A DNA stretch of 64,000 bases from assembly GCA_020184695.1 (NCBI GenBank), contig JAANOX010000082.1:150809-214808 (forward strand). The letters run 5' to 3'. This document shows, one piece after another, positions 21,550-32,163 of this stretch. The notes beneath the pieces are model-generated. The model was given only the letters and a program-made list of their open reading frames with translations, was not told the origin of the DNA and did not search any database. Numbering within the stretch: position 1 is the first letter of the stretch; each line of letters opens with the position of its first letter. The translations under genes were made by a program, and so were the position numbers. The stretch comes from Histomonas meleagridis 2922-C6/04-290x (taxonomy: Eukaryota > Protista > Parabasalia).

Positions 21550-24500
21550 TTACTCTGCTGAATTTTCGATGTTTTCGACTGACGTTTCTACTCTAAGCGA
21601 AGTATCCAATGCTTTTTGTATCGAATATGAATTATCTTCATCAGGCGAATAATCCTGTAGACTGGTGCGAATTATGTTCAAGTCATCCTTTAAGCAGTGC
21701 AAATATTCCTGAACAATTCCGACTAATGACAAATCTTTGGAAACTTCAACAGGTAATCCGTCTGATTCTAATTCACCTTCAGAGTCTTCGTCGAATGTAT
21801 CATAGTCATAGTCGTAGTCATATTCATTGTATTCGTCATCTTCTCCTGGTGGGATAAAGAAGACACCGTTATTATTATCGTTGCCATTTTTCAGAAACAT
21901 TGAATTGTCGTTGCCATTCATCAAAAACTTTGAAAAAGGTGAATCGGCCGGAACTTTCAATGGCTCTCTGAAATTAACCGTCGATTTTCCTCCAGCGTTG
22001 TTGCCAAACTCTGGAAATACAGAGCCAAAGTCAAATTTTGATGCTTTTCCTTCATTGTTTCCTTTGTTTTGAGAATTACCATGTCCAAAATCGGAAAATC
22101 CAGAGCTAAAATCAAATTTGGAGACTTTTCCTCCAGTGTTTCCCTTATCATTCGAATTTCCACTACCAAAATCAGAAAATCCAGAACCGAAATCAAATTT
22201 GGAGACTTTTCCTTCAGTGTTTCCTTTGTTAGAATTTCCACTCCCAAAATCAGAAAATGCGGAACTAAAGTCAAATTTCGATACTTTTTCATCATTCTTT
22301 GTCTTGTTATTCAAGCCACCAAAATCAAAGATTGGGTTTTGTGGAGAATCATCAAATTCACTTGGCGGTGTTGGAGCTCTCGCTCCGAATAAGTCGTCAC
22401 TTTTTCTAAGAGGCGACGACCGTTTATTGAACAGTGGCAAATTTTCTCCATCGTCAAAAAGTGGCGATGGCATTTGAGACTTATTTCTTTGGTGGTTAAT
22501 TGGCGGTTCTGGAGGTTGTAGTATTGAAAACTTTGGAGATGAACCTCTTCTAATTGGAGAATCAGGAGGCGGCAGACCCAACAAAGCATTATTAGGCTGA
22601 GAAGATCTTCTTGTGATCTTCGGCGTTTGATCAAAAACAGGTTGTTGAGCATAAGAAGGCGGAGGTATGTTAATCTGTGACACATTTTTCGGTGGCATTT
22701 CACTTTCAATCATAGCCGTAAATTTGAGAGGTTTACGTTCTAACTGCACATCAAAATGTACATCATCGAAATGAGGAAATTCCTTTTCTTCATATTCGTC
22801 TTCGAACCCTTCAATTGGAGGGGTAATGATATAACCAGGAATGTCGTCGAATGATTTAATATCAGATTCGACATCGTTAGCGAGAAATGGGACAAATTGA
22901 AATGGAACTTTCAAAAATCCATCATAAGAAGGAGGGAATTGGATATCAAGAACAACAGGTTTCTCTTTATCTTCCTTTTCGACAACAACTTCTTCAACAT
23001 CTTTTTCTTTTTCTTTCACTTCTTCTTTCACTTCTTCTTCTTTCGTTTCTATTTCTATATCGAAAGCGTTTGTAGTTGTTTTGATTTCGGGCTTAAACAT
23101 TTCTTCAAGTTCAGGTAGCGTAAGTTCGAGACTATCTTGAGAAGTATTCTTCAGAACTTCATTTGCTTCATCGAAACTGATTTGTTTTTCATTCGCTTTA
23201 GTATTTTGTGCCTTAATTTCATCAGCGAAATATTTCTTCATTTGATTCGTAACTATTTCAGCAATAGGTAATAAGTTTTGTATGTTTTTCACTATTTTTT
23301 GTAACATGTAATTAATGTTTTGCTTCTCACTGAGTTCGCCAATTGATAAACCTGCTGAAGACTTCGGTATTTCCATCGAATACATTTTGAAGAGACGCGA
23401 AATATCAATAGTCTCTTGAAGGAGTGGGAAATATTGGTAATAATCGGATAACTTATATGAGAACATTAGACCTTGAATCGAGATCTCCTTTTTGTTGTTG
23501 TTCTGTGATATACTTAAAAACGTCGAAATGAATTGTGTGACATCATTTAATATGTATGTAATGAATGGACCAGAAAAGAATTTGTTAGGCGTTTCTGGTT
23601 TATATTCTGAGAATAGTTTCGAATATTGATCGAATGTGTTTAACTCTTCGATGATTTCTTGTGCATTTTGATAATTCGATTCAACAATATCTTGAAGATA
23701 TGTGATGTTCTTGAACTCTAAACTGTCTTTAAATATGTCTAGAAATGTGTTCTTCATTTGTGTTATGTCTTTTAAGAGGTCTTCATAATCAAAACAATAG
23801 TAAGTGAGCTGTTGTTTATGGTCGTTCAATTTTAATTCAAATGATTTCAATAGCTTTGTTTGCTCTACAACAGTGAATTGAATTTTGATTAAATTATTTG
23901 TCGGTTGTAATTCAATTAATTGATTCAACATTACAATTGAATTTGACCCTAAAATTTCAAAGATTTCACAACAATGATAAAAGCTAAGACGGATTGTACG
24001 TTTTAAGATCCATAAGAAGAATGAAATGAATTTAATTTGTTCATCTATTTTCTCGTTTTGATATTGTGTATAAAGTGTGATTAACAAAATGTAAACCTGT
24101 GAAATTTGGTTGTAAAACTCTTTTGTGTTGTCTTTGTTTGGATTTTCTAAGATATCTGAAATATTTGAAATGATTTCTTTGTTGATTGAAATTTGTTCGT
24201 CGGTTAAGTCATCGTTTGTAACGGTTTCCAAAATTTCTTTGATTTCGTTGTAATATAATTCATCGAACTTTAAAAACTTATTCCAAACTTCATATTTCAA
24301 TTCCTTTAAAGTCGGCAAATAAATATAATCAATATCTAAACAACAAAATGATATTTGTAAGTTGATAATTGATAACTCGACAATATTATGGAAATATTTC
24401 GATTTATTTCCATTTAATTTCTCGACACACGAATCGAATTCTTTCATTGCGAAGTTTAATATGTCGATCATCAATTGGTAACGTTTCTTTTCAGATGATT

Positions 24501-25851
24501 TACTTTGTTTTGTAATTTCATTTGCTAAAACATTAATGAATTCATCGAATTTTTGTTTCATAACTTTGACACTTTCATTAAATTTGTCGATTTCATTTTT
24601 CATAAAAATTTCTTTCATCAAATTAATCGAATCCAACAAATCTTTTCCAAGTATTGTAACTTCGTTTATAATTGTTTCGATCGAAATACTTTTATATATC
24701 AATGATCTCTTATCTGATTCGACTCCTTTTATAAAGTTATTCAAACTCGGCTCAAACATCACTGAAATTTTTCCGATTTTTTCGAGTTCTTCACCAAACA
24801 ATATGTTACAAAAGCTTTGCGCTGGTACATAATCATTTACAAAACTTTCAAATAATATCTTTTTAACACTTCGTAAGTTTTCGTCGAATTTGGAATACGA
24901 ATTCTTCATTACCAAAAGTTCTTCTTGGAACTTACTTCGAAATCGAGATATTTTATAAAAAGAAGATGCAACATTAAATACATTCGTTGCCAAGTCTGAT
25001 AATGGTGTAAATAGTAATTGAACTTGTTGCGTATTAAGTAAAATGGTGTTAATACTTAAGAAGATACATAATGTAATGTAATGAATTTGAATATGAATAA
25101 AATGTTGAAATTGACTAAAAGGTACTTCTGTAAGTGTAGTGACGTAATTACTTTTGACGGCATTGTTTAAGTTCTCAAAGACTTTGCTGTATTGTGGCGT
25201 TAAGTTTTTGATGTTTGTGAACATTTGTGAAAATTGGACTTCGTTCAAAGCAGTGGAATGACGCTCTAGAATGCCCGCTTTGATCGCATCGGCTAAGGAG
25301 ATCATGCTGATGAGGTCGTTGCAGAATTTTTCCATATCTGATCGTATCGGTGGAACTTGAACAACTGAGGAAAATCGACTGGATTCAACATCGCAAACCA
25401 AGGCACAGGTCTTAATGCTTTGCATTAACTTGAATAACTTAAAACATAACGAATGAAATGCATCTGGATTTGGATTCAAGCGTAATGCTAAAAGTTTTTG
25501 ATTCATGTCATCAAGACAAACAGGAACAATATCCATAAGGAACTTTAAGAGCGTAAGGAAAATGGAAAGGGAGCAACCAGAAATTGAAGTTTGTATTAGT
25601 CCATTTTGAACATTTGTCTTGACTTTACCAAGTGTACTTGTACATGAAATGAGAGCTACATTTAGAATACTAGCAAGCGTTTCAATGTAAGCAGAAGGAA
25701 TTCTTGTAGAATCATTTAATGTTGGATCTTGATTTAAAGTTGATATAAAATCATTCATAATTTGTGGAATTTCAATGGAATCTTGGTCTACTCCTTCAAC
25801 GTTGAATGAGTTATGAAGTAATTCTTGTAGTTGTTTTGTTGATAATTCCAT
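21550..25851 (-). CDS. Large hypothetical protein: helical N-terminal ~900 aa, Pro-rich region, FDF/FxFG-like repeats, acidic tail
   Basis: 1433-aa intact ORF. KVSKFDF(S/G)S(A/G)FSDFG repeats occur at about 21990-22330. Confidence 0.75.
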   Translation of the reverse strand: MELSTKQLQELLHNSFNVEGVDQDSIEIPQIMNDFISTLNQDPTLNDSTRIPSAYIETLASILNVALISCTSTLGKVKTNVQNGLIQTSISGCSLSIFLTLLKFLMDIVPVCLDDMNQKLLALRLNPNPDAFHSLCFKLFKLMQSIKTCALVCDVESSRFSSVVQVPPIRSDMEKFCNDLISMISLADAIKAGILERHSTALNEVQFSQMFTNIKNLTPQYSKVFENLNNAVKSNYVTTLTEVPFSQFQHFIHIQIHYITLCIFLSINTILLNTQQVQLLFTPLSDLATNVFNVASSFYKISRFRSKFQEELLVMKNSYSKFDENLRSVKKILFESFVNDYVPAQSFCNILFGEELEKIGKISVMFEPSLNNFIKGVESDKRSLIYKSISIETIINEVTILGKDLLDSINLMKEIFMKNEIDKFNESVKVMKQKFDEFINVLANEITKQSKSSEKKRYQLMIDILNFAMKEFDSCVEKLNGNKSKYFHNIVELSIINLQISFCCLDIDYIYLPTLKELKYEVWNKFLKFDELYYNEIKEILETVTNDDLTDEQISINKEIISNISDILENPNKDNTKEFYNQISQVYILLITLYTQYQNEKIDEQIKFISFFLWILKRTIRLSFYHCCEIFEILGSNSIVMLNQLIELQPTNNLIKIQFTVVEQTKLLKSFELKLNDHKQQLTYYCFDYEDLLKDITQMKNTFLDIFKDSLEFKNITYLQDIVESNYQNAQEIIEELNTFDQYSKLFSEYKPETPNKFFSGPFITYILNDVTQFISTFLSISQNNNKKEISIQGLMFSYKLSDYYQYFPLLQETIDISRLFKMYSMEIPKSSAGLSIGELSEKQNINYMLQKIVKNIQNLLPIAEIVTNQMKKYFADEIKAQNTKANEKQISFDEANEVLKNTSQDSLELTLPELEEMFKPEIKTTTNAFDIEIETKEEEVKEEVKEKEKDVEEVVVEKEDKEKPVVLDIQFPPSYDGFLKVPFQFVPFLANDVESDIKSFDDIPGYIITPPIEGFEDEYEEKEFPHFDDVHFDVQLERKPLKFTAMIESEMPPKNVSQINIPPPSYAQQPVFDQTPKITRRSSQPNNALLGLPPPDSPIRRGSSPKFSILQPPEPPINHQRNKSQMPSPLFDDGENLPLFNKRSSPLRKSDDLFGARAPTPPSEFDDSPQNPIFDFGGLNNKTKNDEKVSKFDFSSAFSDFGSGNSNKGNTEGKVSKFDFGSGFSDFGSGNSNDKGNTGGKVSKFDFSSGFSDFGHGNSQNKGNNEGKASKFDFGSVFPEFGNNAGGKSTVNFREPLKVPADSPFSKFLMNGNDNSMFLKNGNDNNNGVFFIPPGEDDEYNEYDYDYDYDTFDEDSEGELESDGLPVEVSKDLSLVGIVQEYLHCLKDDLNIIRTSLQDYSPDEDNSYSIQKALDTSLRVETSVENIENSAE
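21990..22330 (-). repeat. Coding tandem repeat (~63-66 nt, four copies) encoding KxSKFDFxSxFxDFG
   Basis: EKVSKFDFSSAFSDFGSGNSN / EGKVSKFDFGSGFSDFGSGNSN / GGKVSKFDFSSGFSDFGHGNSQN / EGKASKFDFGSVFPEFG. Confidence 0.85.
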
Positions 25852-26006
25852 TGGTTATCGGTCTAATTTTTTTTATAAAAACCGTTTCCTCAATTCAAAA
25901 GTCGATTTAAATCAATTATTCACAAAAAGTGGAATTTTATTTTTAACTTTTATCCAAATTATCTACTAAAAAAAATGAAAAATAACAAATTCTAAGTTTT
26001 ATATAA

Positions 26007-28883
26007 TCAAAAAATAAATTTATTTCTTTGTCTTATTACCAGACTTGGATACACACATCGTATTGTATCATTTTCTTGTAATTCTTTAGTGTATTTATAT
26101 TCTAAGTCCATCACTTCCAAATCCAACACATCCATTTGTTGTGCAAATGAATTTTTGTTTAGGCAAGAAAATCCGACAATTTCATTATAATTTTGACGGA
26201 TTTTATCTTGAATTGATTTTAACATATTAAATTTGTCATAATTATTATATACCATAAATGCACCAATTTTACCATTTATATTCATATAACATAAAATGTC
26301 ATTAATTCTCATTAATGCGGAAATGTTATTTTTCATATTAATTTCAATTAAATTTTCATATTTCATATGACAATTATTATAAAATCCATGTGCTATATCA
26401 GATTTAATTCGGACAATTATAATATTATTTTTATCATTAACAATAGCAACAGTTAAATCATCGATTATACAAATGTTTGTAATAAATGAATATTTACCAT
26501 AAGAAACATATTCGATTTGTTCTGTTTCAGGATTATATATTAATGTCATTAATAAATTATTACCTAAAACAGCCCAAATATAACCATTCGAACATAATAA
26601 TGTCGTTGGAAATGGCATTGATATAAATGAATCAGAAAGAACAATTTTATTATTAATAATTTTAGCAATTTGGATTGAACTTTCAAATCCAATTATTAAT
26701 TTATTTAATGAATATGTTAATGCTAAAGGTGTTTTATTATCAATTAATTCATATGTATATATTAAATCAATTGTTGTATCAGTAAAATGATATAAATATA
26801 ATTTATTAATACAACCAATTATAATATAATCATTAAATGATATATATGAAATTACTTTTCCATTTTGCGTATTAGAAATTATGTTTTTATTTACATTTAT
26901 TATGACAAATTCATTTTCTAATTCATTAATTACAAATGTATAAAATTCATTTTTTATTAATTTTGTTGCTTTTATTGAAGGTATTTTTATAACATTAAAT
27001 CCAATATTATCTAAATCAAAAGGAATTGTTTCAATCGAATTATTATCATAAAGAATAACTAAATTTAAATTAGTATTTTCATCATTAGTTAAACAAATAG
27101 ATAAATAATTAGTAATATTTGTTTTATAAAATTTATTATCTTTATATACATATAAAAACTCATCCAAAACTAAAAACGAATTATTGTTAATTTTAATTAA
27201 TTCCAAATTTTCTTTACCGAAATATACATAAGAAAACTCATTTAAAAATCCAATTGAAGATGAAACGAAATATTGAATAATTGCGCCATTTTTTAATGAT
27301 ACAAATATTTCAGTTCCATTATTAATAAATAATATCGATACTATAGGCGAAGGAACCTCAAATGACAATTGTAATTTAATAAAAGAAAAATCATATAACG
27401 AAATTATTGTATTAGAACCAACACAAATGAAATTATTACTTACATCGATCGAATTAATTTCATTTAAATCACATGAAAACTCAGATTTAGTCTCAATGTT
27501 TCGTAAGAAAAATATAATTCTGCAATTCTTTAACGCGATTGCTAACACATTTTTATTTGATGAAAGACAAACAACTTTTTGATCAAATTGTATTAATTGT
27601 TTTCCATCAATTAAATATATTCCATCATTACATATCTGTAAATTTTGATTATTAAATGTAATTAATGAAATTGTTTTCTTATTTGTAATCTTTTGTTTCC
27701 CATTTATGATTTGAGTAATGTTTTTAGAAGACAGAATTATTAATGACTTTAATGATAATACTTTTGTTTTTTCAGTGATTTGTTCTTGAATTTGAATTTT
27801 TTCTCTTTCTAAATTATCAAATGTAACGATTTGACTTATTTGATATAACTCTTTTTGTGGCGTTAATCCATATAAATTTCCATTAGTTGTTATACCATTA
27901 ATAAATGTAAAACAATTTCCAATTTCTTTAATAGATAACGACTTATAAAAAATTTGTTTCTTTTGTGATCGATTTGAATTAGATTTCGGTAATGAAATTA
28001 TAGAATTACAACAATTGTTTCCGCTTAAAAGAATAAATTTATTTGGTAAAAGCCATAGTCGATTAAAATTAGGAACTTCTTGAATCGTTATCGTGTTTTT
28101 GGTTTGTGTGTCATACACAAAAAGTGAATTATCTTCTAATAAGCATGAAACAAAATTTTCGAGGTATTGCGAAACTAATGTGATCGTTGACTTGGTTTGG
28201 ATTGTTATGTCAGAGATATTTAATGAGTTGGATGAATAAAATGATAATTCTTGTGAATTATGAATAAAATTCTTAAAACCTTCAGGTGCTGGAAATTGCT
28301 CAATAACATTCATTGTGACTGGATCAAGTTTTATAAGATTATGTGAGTTATCTGCGCTTTCAGTATATAAAATAAAATAATTATCATTGATGCTTGTAAG
28401 GTTCAAAATGATTTGTTGATCAAAAAAAATGGTGGCAATCTGTGGATTTGTAATATTGGTGATATTAATAATAAAACAATGATCTGATTTTGAGGAGATA
28501 CAAATAAAATGTTTGGAATTTGTAATTGAAAAAAAAGTAAATTCCTCTGGTGAATTTTTAGTAATTTCCCCTATTGATAAGGAAGAAACTTTTTTTAATG
28601 ATAGCCCAATTTCTGAAATTGTAAGTATTGATGATTCTGTAAAACTCACTAAATAGTTATTGCTTAGAGTTTCAACCCAAAGAAGCGGAACTTCTATGGA
28701 GAATGTTTGATGGTTTTGAAATGAAATTTGCTTATCAGAGATTAATAATGATGCAATAATTGCACGATTTTCATAAAATATTATCATGTCTACAATACCT
28801 TGAGATCTAAGTTCTAATACCAAACAATGTTTAATTGAATTTTCTGGAATTAATGGGTCATGAATCAATTTCATTTTAGTCAA
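26007..28883 (-). CDS. Divergent multi-beta-propeller protein, DDB1/SF3B3/CPSF160-like
   Basis: About 955 aa of beta-strand-rich repeats. The N-terminus MKLIHDPLIPENSIKHCL and C-terminal LCYMNINGKIGAF...MDVLDLE are loosely like the family termini. Confidence 0.5.
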   Translation of the reverse strand: MTKMKLIHDPLIPENSIKHCLVLELRSQGIVDMIIFYENRAIIASLLISDKQISFQNHQTFSIEVPLLWVETLSNNYLVSFTESSILTISEIGLSLKKVSSLSIGEITKNSPEEFTFFSITNSKHFICISSKSDHCFIINITNITNPQIATIFFDQQIILNLTSINDNYFILYTESADNSHNLIKLDPVTMNVIEQFPAPEGFKNFIHNSQELSFYSSNSLNISDITIQTKSTITLVSQYLENFVSCLLEDNSLFVYDTQTKNTITIQEVPNFNRLWLLPNKFILLSGNNCCNSIISLPKSNSNRSQKKQIFYKSLSIKEIGNCFTFINGITTNGNLYGLTPQKELYQISQIVTFDNLEREKIQIQEQITEKTKVLSLKSLIILSSKNITQIINGKQKITNKKTISLITFNNQNLQICNDGIYLIDGKQLIQFDQKVVCLSSNKNVLAIALKNCRIIFFLRNIETKSEFSCDLNEINSIDVSNNFICVGSNTIISLYDFSFIKLQLSFEVPSPIVSILFINNGTEIFVSLKNGAIIQYFVSSSIGFLNEFSYVYFGKENLELIKINNNSFLVLDEFLYVYKDNKFYKTNITNYLSICLTNDENTNLNLVILYDNNSIETIPFDLDNIGFNVIKIPSIKATKLIKNEFYTFVINELENEFVIINVNKNIISNTQNGKVISYISFNDYIIIGCINKLYLYHFTDTTIDLIYTYELIDNKTPLALTYSLNKLIIGFESSIQIAKIINNKIVLSDSFISMPFPTTLLCSNGYIWAVLGNNLLMTLIYNPETEQIEYVSYGKYSFITNICIIDDLTVAIVNDKNNIIIVRIKSDIAHGFYNNCHMKYENLIEINMKNNISALMRINDILCYMNINGKIGAFMVYNNYDKFNMLKSIQDKIRQNYNEIVGFSCLNKNSFAQQMDVLDLEVMDLEYKYTKELQENDTIRCVYPSLVIRQRNKFIF

Positions 28884-29177
28884 GTCACTTTTTTGAATAC
28901 GTTAAAAGAAGTTAAATAAAAAAGTGACATACCAAAATGATTATAATTTGCTCAAGTTTTGCGATGTGAATATTATTCCAAACTTATGCAAGGTTTCTAT
29001 AAAGACTGCTATCTCTTGTGAAATCGGAATATCATAATTTTTAAAACCTATTCATAAATTATAAAGAATTTCATTATTAATACTATCAGATTGTATAAGT
29101 AAAAATTCTGAAATGCTATGGTTTAAAATATTAAGTTTAAATTTTTAGGTTATACAAGTTAATGTTTAATGAGATAA

Positions 29178-29780
29178 CTAGCAACAAATCTTTTGACCAT
29201 CATTTTGAACTTGTTTGGCGTTTACAGTGACAACTTCTCCTTTGTCTTGTGGAACAATACTCTTTGATTCTTTTGCAATCTTTTCGAAAAGTTCGTGTAT
29301 ATGATCACCTGTTTTGGCCGATACTTGTATATGTTCCATTTGAGTAGACTCAGTGAATGAGTGTATTGATGATTCTTCTACTTTAATTTCAAGATCAATT
29401 TTATTTCCTGCTAAAACACACTTTGCTTCATTTCCACGATATTCTAAAACTTTTTCGTACCACTCCTTAGCTGACTCAAAAGATTGTGGTTTAGACACGT
29501 CATAAACAAGAACTGCAATTGATGTGTCACGAATATAAGTTGGAATTAGAGAATGAAATTTTTCTTGTCCTGCTGTATCCCATATCTGTAAATTTACTGT
29601 TTCTTCACCAACTTTTATTGGCTTTGTGAAATAGTCTACACCTATTGTAATTTCGTATTGATTCGTAAATTGTCCATACATAAAACTATTTATTATAGAT
29701 GTTTTCCCAACGCCAGCAGATCCCAGAAAAACAACTTTTAATTCTGTTTTGGACTTGTTTTCCTGTTTTGGATCAGACAT
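29178..29780 (-). CDS. RAB6: Rab GTPase, Rab6-like
   Basis: GSAGVGKTS, TIGVDY, WDTAGQEKFHSLIPTYIRD (Rab6-type), GNKID, VSAK and a C-terminal CC prenylation motif. The ATG is at 29780 (MSDPKQ). Confidence 0.85.
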   Translation of the reverse strand: MSDPKQENKSKTELKVVFLGSAGVGKTSIINSFMYGQFTNQYEITIGVDYFTKPIKVGEETVNLQIWDTAGQEKFHSLIPTYIRDTSIAVLVYDVSKPQSFESAKEWYEKVLEYRGNEAKCVLAGNKIDLEIKVEESSIHSFTESTQMEHIQVSAKTGDHIHELFEKIAKESKSIVPQDKGEVVTVNAKQVQNDGQKICC

Positions 29781-30940
29781 GAGTGCAAAACGGTTGGTTT
29801 TCGCGGGTGGTGAAGCGTCTTTGACCGTTAAGAATTCGGTTTGTAAATTTAACAATTTTATAGAAGATCTTCTTGGTAAGTCTCTAACGGAATAACCAAA
29901 ACATATTTTTCAACAATTAAAAAACATTACTATAGCTAATTCAAATGAATATGAAGAAAAAGATAAATATAAAAAAAGTTCATTGAACTTGAGTTCATAA
30001 CGGCCTTCTCAGCCAACATTTTAAGTTGAAATAGAAAGTTACTGAAAATATAATGTCTTGCATTCAAACAATACCAATTCCATCCACATGTTCAACATTA
30101 TATTCATACTGTCGCTGACTCAATTTGCAAATGCATTTTTTTTTTTGAGATTATACATTCGAATAAATATTATAATACCAAAATCAGTTACAATAATTGG
30201 TTGCTGTCCTTATACATTACATGTCTGGCTAAGCATAAAGTAATGGCTTTAAACTTGAAAATCTGAGAACCCTGCTTGAGTGTAAAAGATGGAACAATAT
30301 TTGATGGAAGCTTTTTCTAAATATTTGAAATGGCATGAGAAAATCAAAATATTATTTCGTCATTGATGAATTAATACCAACAAGAGATAATGGTATAATG
30401 CTCTCTTATCTTGCTTTTAATGTCTTTGAACTAGATTGATTTATTTATTAATTCATTTAATTTTTCACAAGCTAATGTTAAATTTATCAACTCCCAAAAA
30501 ACCTGCCCTATATTTAGGGTTTCTTCTTTTACCATATTTTCTATTCCCTCCCATAAAGAAGATGTATATAATAATATGAAGATCATTTCAAAATAAAAAT
30601 CTGTATCCTAAAGTCATCAACTTCAAAAATTTATCTATTTTAATGAAGAACCCCAAGGATATCAAAATTTTGCATAAAATTCATGTATCATTTTTTTGAA
30701 AGATTTTTATTTTATTACTACTAAAAAATTTTGTTTTTAAGGAAAATAATTTTTTTTACTCATCAAATAATGATTTAAAATCATGTGTTTTATATTCATT
30801 TCTTTAAATGTCTTTGTACAGATCTTATTTAAGTTGACCAATTTTTTGACGTTTTTTTTATATATAAAGAGAAACGAAAATTTATATCTTGTTAATAACA
30901 AAATTATTTTTGATTTATTTATTTACCTTTGTTTCCTGAA

Positions 30941-31484
30941 TTATTTCATCTTATGAATTTGTTCAACAAGCCAATCTAATCCCTCATACAATCCATCTCC
31001 TGTTGTTGCACATGTTCCTTGAACATGCCATGGACGATTTGTGTTTGTGTTAAGTTTTAATCTATTTCCTAATTCCATTGACTTAACTGCATTTGGAAGA
31101 TCTTGTTTGTTAGTATAAACAAGTAAAACGGAATTACGTAATTCATCTTCTTCCAGAAGTCTATGTAAAACATCACGTGCTTCATCAATTCTTCCGATAT
31201 CATTAGAATCAACAACAAAAATAACTCCTTATGATGTGGAAATAATGTCTCCAAAGTGGTCGAATTCGGTCTTGACCTCCAACATCCCATACATTCATGT
31301 TAAGTCCTTTGTATTCAAATGTTTCAACATTAAAGCCAATTGTTGGAATTGTTGTTACTCGTTCTCCAAGTTTAAGTTTATATAAAACTGTGGTTTTTCC
31401 TGCTGCATCAAGTCCTAACATTAAAATCCTTGTTTCTTTATTCTTGAACCATTTGTTATATATATCACTAAAAAATAAACCCAT
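30941..31484 (-). pseudogene. ARF1: ADP-ribosylation factor (ARF1-like) with one frameshift
   Basis: MGLFF myristoylation start, [19 protein letters not shown] and WDVGGQD. After a shift near 31229-31240 the other frame continues [10 protein letters not shown]...NKQDLP...[15 protein letters not shown] to TAA at 30941. The total of 544 nt is 2 nt short of a 181-aa ARF. Confidence 0.88.
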
Positions 31485-32163
31485 TGTATAAATGATGTGA
31501 CTGAATGCTTGATCAACACATTTCTACAACTTTCCATCTGACCAGAATCGAAATTTAACGATACAAAAATTTAAACGTTCTGTTTCACATCACTTTCCCC
31601 TCTTAAATTTACATTTGAATTCATGTGGAAATTGATTTTCTTTAATATTTTCTCTGATCGTTCCAGAAGTAAATATTTTGGCTGATAATACAACACTTTC
31701 TTCAATTTTTGTTTCTTTTTACGAAAAAGAATAGAATATCACTGTTACTATTACACAAATAACAATAATCGCAATTGAAACACAAATAAGAAATCAGATT
31801 AAAAACTGATGTATTAAATTATAATCACTTTATTCATAAAAAAATTCGTATATGTATAGATTCCATTCGAATTAGAAATTGTATTCAACACAAATGAATT
31901 ATAAAATGCAACTGTTTGTGATAATGATATTGCATATGTGAACTAGATAAATATCTGTTTTATGATTTACTTATTAGTGCCTCAAATAAAAATAATAAAT
32001 AAAGTACGAGTTGCCTCCAAATGTAGGCTTTCAAACATTTTACTTACATGATGAAAAACATACTAATAATAAAATTCACATTGATTTAACAAAGATTTTT
32101 AAGTTGTTCAGGAATTTCATTGGAATGAACGATTCGATTTGAATTCGATGGTTTATTTCCTAT

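Noticed and set aside
19927-22709. Antisense and alternative-frame ORFs over the uridine kinase and the 1433-aa gene (and similar ones over UBA1, the lectin and the kinase)
   Set aside because: They are shadow ORFs of real genes or repeats, with no motifs and no Inr support.
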